64,000 nucleotides of DNA from Vermamoeba vermiformis (Eukaryota), in assembly GCA_045837725.1 (NCBI GenBank), contig JBEWZL010000239.1, positions 372,001-436,000 of the forward strand, read 5' to 3'. Below the pieces are notes generated by a model. The model ran no database searches. It saw only the letters and a list, made by a program, of their open reading frames with translations, and was not told where the DNA came from. Positions 23,293 through 35,415 of the stretch are shown in pieces. The translations under genes and the position numbers were made by a program. The first letter of the stretch is position 1; each line of letters starts with the position of its first letter.

Positions 23293-26200
23293 TTACACAT
23301 GTTTATTCAATTTCGATAAGGTTAATTCTGTAACAGCGGATATGTCCATTTGAGCCAATGCCATAAGCTCCTGAACGTCTGCTTGCGGATCCTCGAACAC
23401 ATCTGTTCCGCGATCATCGTCTTCTCCAATCAGATACGTTCTATCAAGTGGCCGCCTTCTTCTATTATCTTTGGATATCCTATAGGAATATCGTTACAAC
23501 CAGAGCAGCTTACGAATGATTTTTGGATCTTACTTTAACGTGTAAACGCTGTCCCATGTATTAACTCTAGAGCTCAATGGAGGCCACATTACTATTAGCA
23601 TTAAGAAGCTCGTGCCCATAAGAGGTAGTGTCATCAATTGCACGGTCAGCAACTGGAACCGAAGTTGCCACATCCACGGCGTTATGAAGTGGATGCGGAA
23701 TACACTCGGAATGACTAATCCGATTAATATACGTTACGTTATGTTACTTTGTACTTACTAAACGTGTATGTGCCTTGCAACGTGAATAGAACGAGAGATC
23801 CAAGAATTGTAACGAGGACCATGTAATGACGAACCAAGTAGATCATTTTAAAGTTGGTGTAATTCGAATTAAAGCCAAACATTAGCCATCCTAACTTTCT
23901 AAAGAAGCGATAGATAGGTAGGCGACTTGTTCTCTGAAATTGAATTAGAAAATAACCGATCCGGATTTGTAACGTACCGAAGGGACGAATGTCGAGTGAG
24001 CTAAGTGATAAATACGCGTAATTATGTAAATAAATAACGTTGCAGGTACAGTACTGAATAAGAAATACCAATGGAACACCTGTAAAAGAAGATCAGCCTC
24101 GATGGGCCAACTTTTGCCTTGATCAGTTTGTTAGACTTACTTCAACGTGATGAATAACTGTTGAATCCCATGTACTATATCCGTATATCTTATATAGTAG
24201 CAAATAGGAGGATATACTGAAGATGTAATACCCAACAATGGATCCGAAGGCGATCAAGAACGCTTTTTGATTAACAACCTAGAAAATAATCATAAGACCA
24301 TTAGTATATGCAACATATACATGTTAGTATCGAGCATACTCGGTTGACTGTCTTTAATCTTCTGAATAAACTGACCACATCCACAAATGTGTATTCTTGA
24401 ACGAGTTTCCTGAGTTAAGCGATAATTAATTACTATTAAGAATGCATTATGCGCATATGAGCTTACATTAAGAAGCTGTATATTATCACGCCAAGGAAGA
24501 AGTTGATGAGTACATTTCGAGCTGTTTCTGCCGCGACAAACGAGTCTTTTGCGTCGTGCATCAAATTCAGCATGTAATCTACTTGTTGTTTGATTTCCTA
24601 ATAATTAAAGTGTTAATACGCATTATATTATGATATTCAATACGAGACTGCATACTTGGATTGAAAGTTCTGTCGGATCGAGCTCAAAAACGGCGTCATT
24701 AGCAGCACGACTATACTGCGTCAAAAATTGTTGCAAATAATCTCGTTTTTGTCTGAATAAGTCTTGATAGTGGAACAGCGTCCAATTGTCCGGTACGAAC
24801 ATCATGGCGTCTTCAATGAATTTTCCGTTACATTCTCTCGGGACTGGTATACCCAATAATGCACTAATAGTAGCACTAACATCTATAATATAATATTGTT
24901 AGGCATGAGCTCATAATAAAGAAATTTGTACCTGAGTTTGAGACCGGATCTGCTGAAGAGTTGCGACGGCTCAAATAAGAGTTCTGTTTGTAGATATACA
25001 ATGGCACCTCCAATAACACTTTATCAGCGCCACCGTGGCCTCCTCTGTCAACGTGTCCATGATCACTCACGACAATCACAACAGTGTCGTTGTCAACTGT
25101 CGAAAGTGCCTTGCGCACAATATCTGCTTTCTCTGCCACGGAAGTGTTGTACGTGTCATCTTCATTCCAGTCAGTAGTGACACCACAGCAGTGACCTTGA
25201 ATGTCAATGTCACCTGATTGACGGCGTTAGTAAGGTCAGTTCCGCGTTTGAATGCATTCATAGTGACACGTACTGTAGTGAGCTAAAAATAGATCGTACG
25301 GCGGAGTCGAATGAATCGCTTCTTCCATAACATCAGCACGAAGAGAATCAGCTGTGAAGTGTCAAAGTGTCAAAAAAAGTTAACTCTTGCCTGTCATTTT
25401 GTCCGTACCATAAATACTCGTGGTTCGGTTGTATTTTTCACTGCCTTCGCTGACGGAGATCGTGCCGTCTCCTTTCAAATAAGGCAATGTTGAAATGATA
25501 ATCTCCGCGAACCAAGGACTGCCAGTCAAACCACGCGTGATATTGAAGTTCTTTGCTTGTCTAAAGATCGAATCGTATCTTGTCTCCATAATCAATAAAT
25601 TTCCTAGCGCTCCTGTTTCTTCGGGAGGTGCACCCTAACATAGTATTAAAATCGAACTCATGGCCTACAAGAATCTATCCAGTGACTTACGGTTAAGATG
25701 GAAAGCCAATTCGGCACTGACATTGACGGTAATTTCGCCGAAATTTTGTACAATTTTGAGTGCACGCTGTATTCAGGGTCATTAATTAGTGCGTTCATCA
25801 CTGGATTCTTCGACACATCTGTTTAAATTATTAGATCCAAAGCATTTAATTGCAATGACATGCCAATACTTACAATCCCAACGCAAGCCATCAAGCACGA
25901 TAAGCAGCACTTTGTTATTATGGTGCAGGCGCTCATTGCCGAATGACTCTTGGACTCGAGTTTTGTTGTTCAAGTACCCGATGTTGTTGGCACTCAGCAT
26001 AGGTTCCTAGCAATATATTAGCATTTTTATGTTATAATATAACATTCAAAGAGTACCTGTGATGTAACAATCTTCTTGAATTCGAACAAGAAGGTGCCAA
26101 AACACAGTCCAAAAATAATAACGCTAACCACGATAAATATTCTGCTTGCGGATATTAATTGGCTCTTATATTTCTTTCTATGCGCTTTCTACATAGAGAA

Positions 26201-26959
26201 TCGGTTAGTTTTGAAAAATCAGAACCGGGATCCCGCTGCCTACCAGCTTTTGGAATTTGTCCATCAATTGAATAAAGTTTCGTTGTCGCTCTAACGCTAT
26301 TTCTGGATGATCACTGTCTTCAAATGACTTCTCAATAGGAGTAAATGCATCGGATAATTCTGAAAGATGTTAGATCTAAACAAAAAAGCAGATCGTGACA
26401 CGTACTTTCGATTTGATCACTGAACTTAGACAAACTCCAAATTAAGTAGAATATCATGCCTATTTCAATGACTCTCAAGAAGGTGCAAACCTAATCCTAG
26501 TTAGAACGTTGAGTCGATTTGTAATTTGTACGTACTATTTGATATGTGACGGCGGACGATTGTGCCTCGCTGATTATAACCAAGTCCAGTACAAATATAT
26601 TTACAATTTTAAGTACCAACGTAATTAATAGTCTTTCCTAATGTGGACTACATGTTAAACACACTATTAATAAAATGATATATTACCTGTTGTTTGCGAA
26701 TGATCGATCCCAATGGCACGCACAAAATTAACGTGACAAGCGAAATGGCGCATACTGCAAACCCAGTAGCGATTTTGTATAGTGTGTCCTATCAAAATAT
26801 TAATATGCCGCTATTTATAGCTCAAAGCCGTACCTCGGTATTATGTTCGTAATCTTGGATGCCGCTTGGGATAATGAAGCCCGGCAGGCCGAGGAATATT
26901 CCAGATAATATTAAATCAATGACGAGCAGTATCAAAAATATGCCGTGCTTAATAAACAT
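23293..26959 (-). CDS. Multi-TM alkaline-phosphatase-superfamily (phosphodiesterase/EtN-P-transferase-like) membrane protein
   Basis: VLLIVLDGLRWD, PSMSVPNWLSILTGAPPEETG and VVSDHGHVDRGGHGG are AlkP-superfamily metal/nucleophile motifs. Hydrophobic helices precede and follow the catalytic domain. The start codon is uncertain. Confidence 0.75.
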
Positions 26960-27324
26960 GGTGCTCTTGAGCGAAGCAAGCTCATTTCGCTGCGAACAAA
27001 AAATAATTAATTAGTACTGAGTTCTTTTACAACTGGTTTACCTTAACATTATTCGTAATAATTAATTTTATGAACTGCGATTTTTTTGTAATTAATAGAG
27101 TCTTACTATGACTGTAGATGCGGATCTAACGGTGTATTCTGTAGAGGTCACCAAATCTGGTGAAGAATTTAAACTATTCATGACGCGGTCATATCTATCT
27201 TCCTCTTTGCAATATCAAAATAAAATGGATCGCATGACAACCCTAGAAATTAATCCCGCACAATTTTTTGTATTTACAAGTCGTTATTTTATTCTATTTA
27301 CACTATATGTATGTTCTATTCATA

Positions 27325-30300
27325 TTAGTCGCTGTCCTCATCGTCAACAACTCTTTTGGCTCCGCGCCCTCGTTTGGGAGCTGCTTTCTTTGGAGCGGGC
27401 TTTGGTGTTGGCTTGGATCGGGTAGGACGACCTTTACGAGCTGGCTTAGAATCCTCTTCTTCGTCGCTCTTCTTATCTTCAGCATCATTGTCGTCTTCTT
27501 CGATGGTCATAGCCTTCGAGTTGGATTTGGATCCGGTACGCGATCGCTGTTTGGAGTCCTCGACCTCCATTTCGTCGTCTGAGGAAAGCGCCTTCGCCTT
27601 CTTTCCCTTAGCTGTAGCTTTAGCAGGGGCTTTCTTCTTTGTGGGCTTGTTCTCTTCGTCTTCATCAAGATCGAGCAGCTCAACCTCTTCGTCTTTGTTC
27701 TCAGGCTCTGATTTTTCAGCTTCATCTTCATCCTCGCTTTCTACGACGCGCTTAGAAGCTTTGCCTTTAGCAGTGCTCTTCGTATCCGCTTTCTTTTTTG
27801 GTCGATCTTCTTCGTCAGAGGCCTCGTCCTCGCTTTCAGCCTTCTTGCTCTTGGAGGCAGGCTTCTTCTTGGGCTTATCGTCGTCTTCATCCTCATCGTC
27901 TCCAGAACCACTCTTCTCGTCGTCATTGTCACTCTCAACAACAGCCTTGTTAGACTTGCCAGATCCGCGTGTCGGACGTGCTTTGGGCTGCACCTCTTCT
28001 TCACCACTTTCATCATCGCTCGATTTTGCCACGTCTTCTTCACTAGCCTCGTCTTCTGACTCTTGCTTCTTTCCGCGGCCTTTAGGAGGTGCCTTAGCCT
28101 TGGCAGGTGCAGGTTTTGCTCGCTGCGAACCTGCGCGACCGCGTGTCGGTCGAGCGCTTGGCTTTTCATCAATTTCCTTATCGTCCTCGTCTTCTACGAC
28201 ACGCTTCTTGCCGCCACGAGCCTTGGAAACTTGTTTAGGCTCAGCCTCTTCGCCGTCTTTTTCTTTGTTTTCTTCTTTTTCGGCCTTGTCGTCTTCTTCG
28301 ACACTAAACAAATCAACGTCGCTGTCGTGTGATCCGCTGTCTTCGTCATCGCTCTCGACCTTCTTCTTAGCGACCTGTTTCTTGCCTTTAGGAGCTGTCT
28401 TGGCAATTTCTTTAGCAGCCTTGGCCTTGTCAATGACCGTGTTGTTTTCTTTGTGGCTGTCAAAGCACGCGTTGACTTTGTTCTCTAGCTCGTCAACAAC
28501 AGCTTTAAGCTCGGGCTTAGCGAACTTGCGTGCCTTGGCAACAATAGCCATGAACGAGTTGTAGACATCCTCGCTGGCAATCGCCTCTTTGTAGAACTTG
28601 AACGACTCTGAAAGTTTCTTGACAGACTTCTCAGTGTAGTTAAGCAGACTGAGACAATAAGCAATATCTTGCCATTGCTTGATATCGATCGTTGTCGGGA
28701 ATCTATGGCATAGCTTCTCAACCAAACTTTCGACTTGACGATCCTTCTCAATGAACGAGAACAAGTACTTCATGATGTTTCTAAACGAGTCCATAGTCAG
28801 CACGCCAGAAGCTGATAGACCACTGATAGTCTCAGGCAGAATGTTGTACAGTTGGTTGCCCTTGCAAGATAATTCGTGGAAGAACAAACGTGCCAGATCC
28901 GCAATACGTTGTTCAGAGTCTTCGAGACAGATAGCCATCTCGCTGACTTGGCCTTTCACTTTAATCATGTCGTTGAGAATCAAGTGCGTGAGGACCATCA
29001 TTGTGTTCTTGCGGACTCGTGCGTCTTTGTCACGCAAGCGAGTGTACATGTGGTTGGTCCAAGGATCAAGCAAGTTCGGGAAACGAACGGCCAAGTCACC
29101 CAACACAATGACAATGTTGGCCTTCAATCGTGGGTCCATGTCGTGCGTTAAGATAGTGAACAGTAGCTTAAGATTCTTTTCGCAAAAATCGGGACTGACC
29201 AACATGTACTTGCAAAGTGCGAGCAGTGCTGCGGAGCGCAACAGATCGTTGGTGTAGTGACCGTGCTCGTTGGTGGCAACCTTGACGACGATAGTGGCAA
29301 ATTGGCCCAAGAGGTTACTGGGTTCGACAAGTGACTTTTGAATGCTTAGTAACTCAGCTTCGGCTTCAGCATCAGCCATGTTGCCCACGTGACCAAGTTC
29401 CTTTTCAATGTCCTCTTCTTCGCTGTCTTCATCGTCTTCTCCGTCTTTCTTTTTCTTGCCCTTGCCAACACTCTTACGCTTCTGAGAGGCCTTGTGTTTC
29501 TTCTCCGCTTCTCTTCTCGCCTGGCTCTTCTTCGTCTTGTCGTGTTCGAAGCGTTGTCGTTGAATTTCTCGATGAATTTCCTCGATTAAGACAAGCTGTC
29601 TCAAAGCACAATGGCCAACAACGAACAAAAGGCGCGTCAAAGGGTCATACGCTGAGTCTTGATCTGGTTCTTCCTTGACCTCCATTTCGTCGTTCTTCTT
29701 GCCACTCTCAAAATCGACTTCACCAGCCATGTGACAAATGATGGCTTCCATCAAGGTGTCTGGTTTCTCCGAGACCATGTAGATCGTGTTGATCGCCTGT
29801 TCGGCGGCAGGGAACCATTGTTCTAAAGGAATCTGAGGACTGATAACCAAGTCTCGGAGCTTGTCAAACACTTCGTGGTTGGACTTGAATCGCTCGTGGT
29901 GATGTTTGTTCTCTTGCTCTTTGTTTGCTTCCTCCGTGGTCTCTTTCTCGCCCTTCTTCTTTGGGCTAGAGTTATCGCGCACCCTTCGCTTTGACAACTT
30001 TTGCAAAGCGACACAAGCCCATTTGCCCAAGTGAGGATCTACGTGAGCACGTGGTCCGAGACCAATGTTCACAAGCATGTTCAGCTTATTACCGATGATG
30101 TTGGGGTCGGCATTGGCAAGCATACTGAGCACGATCAATGCACCGCGTCCTTCGGCATTATTTTCCTTATCCTTTTGAGCTGTAACGACAATTAGCTTCA
30201 GCTATGCAACTAAATAAAATCTCGTTCTAACGTACCAAAAATATCCCAAAGAACTTCAACAATGCCATAAGACACGTGCTTGTCCTTCATGAGAAGGAAC

Positions 30301-32428
30301 AACAACTCCTCCATCGATGTTAACTCGCCTAGTGTAGCACCGATGGTCAAACTGATGAGATTCTTGGCGACAAAGAGATAGCCCAATCTTCTGTTCTTGC
30401 TTTCCAAGGGAGGAGGCGTCAAGTATAAGTCGACGTAGGCCTTGAGAAGTGCTTCACGAATGTTGTTTTCTTTCGACCACACCAACATGAGCATCTTTCG
30501 GAGACCATCACGAGCCTTCTCAACGTTAAAGCTCGTCGCGGTAACGAAGAATTGAATTGCTTCCAACACGTCACTGGCGTTCTTAGAGCCCAAAAGCTCG
30601 CAAATGATTGGCACTGAACGGTGGATTTCACGAATGAACTGCACGGCGTCGTTGTAGTAAGTGAACAGTTTAAAGAATCTGGCTTCATCTTCAGTAATCT
30701 CGTTGTTTTCTTCCGCCTCTTGAAGAGCTTCGATGTCTTTTCCAGTGCCTTCCTTAATGGTCTTAGCTAGCTTCTGCAAGTTGTCTTCGAATGTTGATAA
30801 TCGCAATTGAGCTGAGAATGGATTGTATTGACAGATCTGAGTCAAGAGCTGAATAGCACTCTTTCGTACTTGTGACGCTTTGTCTTCCAAACGACCAGCC
30901 GTGAGCTGTGTCACGGTCAAGTACATCTTCAAAGGAATGAATTTGTTCCTATTTAAACCAATGAGCTCGAGTTATTGTAAAAAATAACGTGTAATACTTA
31001 CTGGCACAAGTAGGACCAGGTCTGAAGGACTTTGCTACGCGTGTAAGCATTGATGTCACGGAAACGTTCGATCAAAATCTCCAACAACGAGTCTCGTGTC
31101 TTTGTCGTGGCATCGGCACGAGCATCATCGCCTTCGTTCTGCACGGCAATCATAAATCCAATCACTTGAATAACTCCGTTGCGCATCGTGTACGAGTCGT
31201 GTTCCAAGTGCGTCAACAAGAACGAGATGAAAGGCATCATGGCTCGTGGGATCTTTTCAGCCAACTCACTGATGAATGTTGACACGTTCTTGGCACCAGT
31301 CGTGTCACGTGTCAAATCTCTCGGGTTGAGCTTGCCAATCTCGCGTAACAAGTCACCAACAGCTGTATGGAACTCGTGGTCGTTGACAAGCATTTCAAAT
31401 AGCTCGACGAACGGCGTGACTAAATGCTCGTGTTTGTATAATGAGTCCAAGATAGATTGCACTAAGTTGAATGATTGGTAGTATTTGACGGATGCGTTTG
31501 CCACCAAGATGAGAGCAGCACGTTTGATAGTCTTGCTCTTAATATTAGCCGGGTTCTCCATCACTTGAAAGGCGATGCGTGAAAATAAGTTGAGGAATGA
31601 TTCTTCGGGCTGTGGTAAGTTCCACAAGCGAGACAGATCCAGGTCAATGATCGAGAGCAACATGACGATAATTTTCTCTTTCTCGGCGTCTAATTCCCAA
31701 ATAGACGCGTCCCTGCCTTGTAAATCAGCCTCTTCTTCTTGTTTCTTTTTGCCTTTTTTGCCCTTCTCGCGTGCCACAGGAATTTTTTCTGAGTTCTTTT
31801 TTGCGATTGAATGCTCTTCGGTCTCAATAAGCCATTGAAGCAAATAGACGTACATTTTAAGTGCATTTCTATAGTAATATTAATATCATATTATGCAAAT
31901 ATTATTTTGTAGGGAGCTTACCGTCGTACAGCGAGGGCTTGCGTGTACATTTCGCTATCTTCGAATAACGGATTTTTAAAGAAATTTGATATAGAAGATG
32001 CTGTGGCAGTTAATCCATCTTGAAGCAAGTGTAATAAAGCTGTTTTGGGTTCAGCGGCTAATTTGGATGCATTTCTAAATAGATCTGTCAGAAAAAATAA
32101 TTCTGTTGTGCTAAAAAGATTTTTCTTACTTGACTAATGAAAATAAAGGATCGAAATTTTGATGTTCATAAATTCCTGTAATTGCTGGCTCAGCTTCGCG
32201 TTGAGATTCGTCATCTTCTTCCTTTAAACGTGTAGCAATTTCTATATGAGTGCATTAGTATTATGAAAATTATTTTATAATATTTTTGAACTGCTTACCT
32301 TCGATTTTTGCGTTGATCTCGTCGTCCGTTAAACGATCAACGTTAAGGACGCGATCTACTGTGTATTTATCGGTAGCATCGCTGTTTATTAAATCCTCGT
32401 GCTGAAGAGGTATCACAAATTCCTCCAT
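27325..32428 (-). CDS. NCAPD2: Condensin I subunit CAP-D2/Cnd1/Ycs4
   Basis: MEEFVIP start, ERFRDINAYTRSKVLQ, RLEDKASQVRKSAIQLL and YNPF. Cnd1 domain RVRKNTMMVLTHLILNDMIKVKG and LYNILPETIS. Long charged C-terminal tail. Confidence 0.95.
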
Positions 32429-32672
32429 CGCTCTAGTTGTTCATCGTCTAGCCGAAAAATAAAATGAACGAAGAAAAAAGGCGCGAAACTAATGCCAAGA
32501 AAAAAATGAACAGCGAGACCACAGGCGACCCCCATCAACTGCTACTGTAATTACAACAGCAATGTGATTAAGGAAAAGGGGTTAGGAATAAAATGAAAAT
32601 ATTTTTCGAAGCAGATTCTTCGGAACGAAAGACATCCGAAAATTTGGCGTGTTGTTCACTTTACACAGCGCC

Positions 32673-33694
32673 ATGGCTGCCAATACACAACTAAACAACA
32701 ACAACAAAGATGCTAACGAGGACGTACAAGAGGTTTGTTCGATTTGCCTTGATCCTTACAAAGATGTAGCTTTGGTGGACAGATGCTTTCACAAATTCTG
32801 CTTTCTATGCATTATGAATTGGACATCTATGTCGAGAGACTGCCCATTATGCAAAACACGAATCCACACGATCATTCACGACTTAGATCCGGTCGCTCAT
32901 ACTTTCAAAAAGCTCAACCTGGAGGAAAAAATCAAGAAAAAATCCAACTTTGATGTAGAAGTTAGAGGCAGTAACACGATCAATCAAAGAAATAGACAGC
33001 GAATTTACAAACTGAAATTAAAGCCTGTCATTAATTTCGAGAGGAAGATGCTGCCGTACCCGAACGAGCCTGGCCAATCACAGAAGAGCATTCAACAACG
33101 ACAGCAGAATGTAATAAACAAAGCGAGGCTATGGTTGCAAAGAGAGCTTCCGATCTTACTTCTGCACGACATCTCCGATCCGAGTGTGGATTCCGACAAA
33201 CTCGCTTCAGAGATATCCCTAATGACAGTGGTTATCGAGAACCTTATCACAACGCATCATAATAACCTTGCAGAGTCGAAACAGGCCTACGACATGCTTT
33301 ACGACTTCTTCGGCGAGAATACGCAGCAATTTCTGAGCGAGCTCCTATTATTTTTGCAAAGTCCTTACGATTTGATTACTTTCGATCGTATTGTAAAATA
33401 TAATAGGACCGGTGAAGAAGAAGCTCCTATTGATTTGACAAACGATGAAGAAACAAAAGAAGACGAAAATAATAACAGCAAAATGGTGATCGACGTGGAT
33501 AGCGCATCCAGCGATGACGAATCGAGTTATTATACAGAAGACTATGATACCCAAGACAACGATAATATGAAAGGTATTTTATACGAGACAATTGATCTCG
33601 TTTACGTGTAACGTTAGGCGACTGACCTGATCTCGTTCCAGTTCAAACTCAAAATTTGGCTTCTTCGACGCAAGATCCAATTGAAATCGATTGA
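32673..33694 (+). CDS. TOPORS/Psh1-like C3HC4 RING E3 ligase with SIM-like motifs
   Basis: RING CSICLD...CFHKFCFLCIMNW...CPLCK. TOPORS-like WLQREL and QFLSELLLFLQSPYDLITFDRIVKY. A probable last intron (~33573-33641) gives the ending DPIEID*. Confidence 0.8.
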
Positions 33695-34334
33695 TAAGAA
33701 ATGTAAATAAATCTTCAACGCCAGATTCGGCATGGTCTCCTCGATGCATTTTCAAAACCGATCGGCTTCGCTTTAGAAGAATACCTCTGCTAGAAGTCTA
33801 GGACGTGGACCTGCATATTTCCTAGTAGCAACTTGCTTAATCAGCCATAAATTAATTACGTAGCGGAAGCCTCGGAGAAATCTGGAGCAATAGCGGAGCA
33901 GATGTAGGCCTGTCCTAGAAGCGCTGACCTCGTATAAACATATAAGTGATAAAGTCTTGCGTAAGTAGCAATAATTTAAAACATTTGAAATCAATTTCGT
34001 TAACGATCGCGAATCCGAAGGCAGATTCGCCTGCCTCTGAGGAGAAATTCCATTGCGCGTGGAGCCAAGGTCTGAAACTCGTGTGTCACGAAGCGACCAG
34101 AATATCAGAATGCGGTAATTTTAAACCTTCTCAGACTGTTCTTGCCATAAAAAGCAAGTTTCCTCTACCTTCTGAACCCAATCGGGAATGGAAAGTGTGA
34201 GCTGGTCGGTTCTGGAAGAAAACTCGAAAAATATTTAAGTTAGAGCACTGATATCATTTGAAATCAGTAACAACAACAACAAACAACAAAGCAAAGCTCT
34301 AAAGCTCAACTTTTCCACCACATCCGAAAACAAA

Positions 34335-35281
34335 ATGTCTGCTGAATTTAAAACCGTCTTGATTGCTGGCGCCACTGGTTTCCTCGGAGAGAAGATTGCT
34401 AATGCCTTCTTGGACAAGAAACAATTCGACGTTATCGTTCTCGTACGCAAAGCCAACGAAAAAACAGATCAGCTCAAATCTAAAGGCGCCAAAGTTGTCG
34501 AAGTTGATTTCAGTGACCTTGAAGCTCTTAAGAAGGTATGTCATTACTTTTAAAAATTATCAGTTCGAATATATGCTCATAATTGATTGCGTAGGCCACT
34601 ACCGGGGTAGATGCAGTCGTATCAGTCCTATCCAAGGAAGGCTTCGCTCATCAACCTAAACTTATCGAAGCAGCTGCTGCTACTGGCGTCAAGCGCTTCA
34701 TTCCTTCCGAATTTGGAAGCAACGAAAGCTTCGCTCCTCGTGGAACTTCTCCGTTCTTGGATGTCAAGTACGACGCTCGCGAACAGATCCAAAAACTCGG
34801 ATTGAGCTACACTTACATCATTACAAACACTTTCTTGGAATACGTTTTCAGTCCTTTCGTCGGTGTGGACCTCAAAGAACACAAGATCAACACGTACGGC
34901 CCGGATGCAGTTCTGAGCGCTATTCACACTGACGACATTGCCCGATTGGTGCCTGAAGTATTGCTTAATCCTAAGAGCAAGAACGCTACAGTCAACCTCG
35001 CCACCGAGACCTTCAAGTGGGACGATGTCGTTGCTCAACTCGAAATTTTGACCGGCAAGACTTGGACCAAGAATCCAGTTACTGTTGAAGGCCTCAACGA
35101 GTTTATTAATAAGAACTCTCAAGATTTATTTGCCGCCTTCGCTGCTACTCTTCAACGTCAAATTATCATCAAGAAGGGTGGTGCTTTGAACCCGATTGAT
35201 AACTTGACTGATCCTTTCTACGCCAATACCAAGCCCAAAATCTCCTTGCACGATTACCTCGTTCAAATCACTAAGCACTAA
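34335..35281 (+). CDS. NmrA/isoflavone-reductase-like NAD(P)-binding protein
   Basis: VLIAGATGFLG Rossmann motif, GVDAVVS, GVKRFIPSEFG; one intron at ~34536-34593. Confidence 0.9.
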
Positions 35282-35415
35282 ATATGTCATATAGCCTAAT
35301 ACAATAAAAGCTTTAAAAATTAACAACGTTACATGTCTCAAAAATTGGAGCTGGATCTTGCGAATCTCGACTTTATTCTGATAGGAGCATTTACATTATT
35401 AATGAACCGAGCATT

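Noticed and set aside
27356-28564. 402-aa Ser-rich ORF on the + strand
   Set aside because: Antisense shadow of the low-complexity CAP-D2 tail.
33700-34330. Longer-than-usual intergenic region, possible ncRNA or element
   Set aside because: No recognisable RNA motifs, terminal repeats or credible ORF by eye; an Infernal/Rfam scan would be needed.
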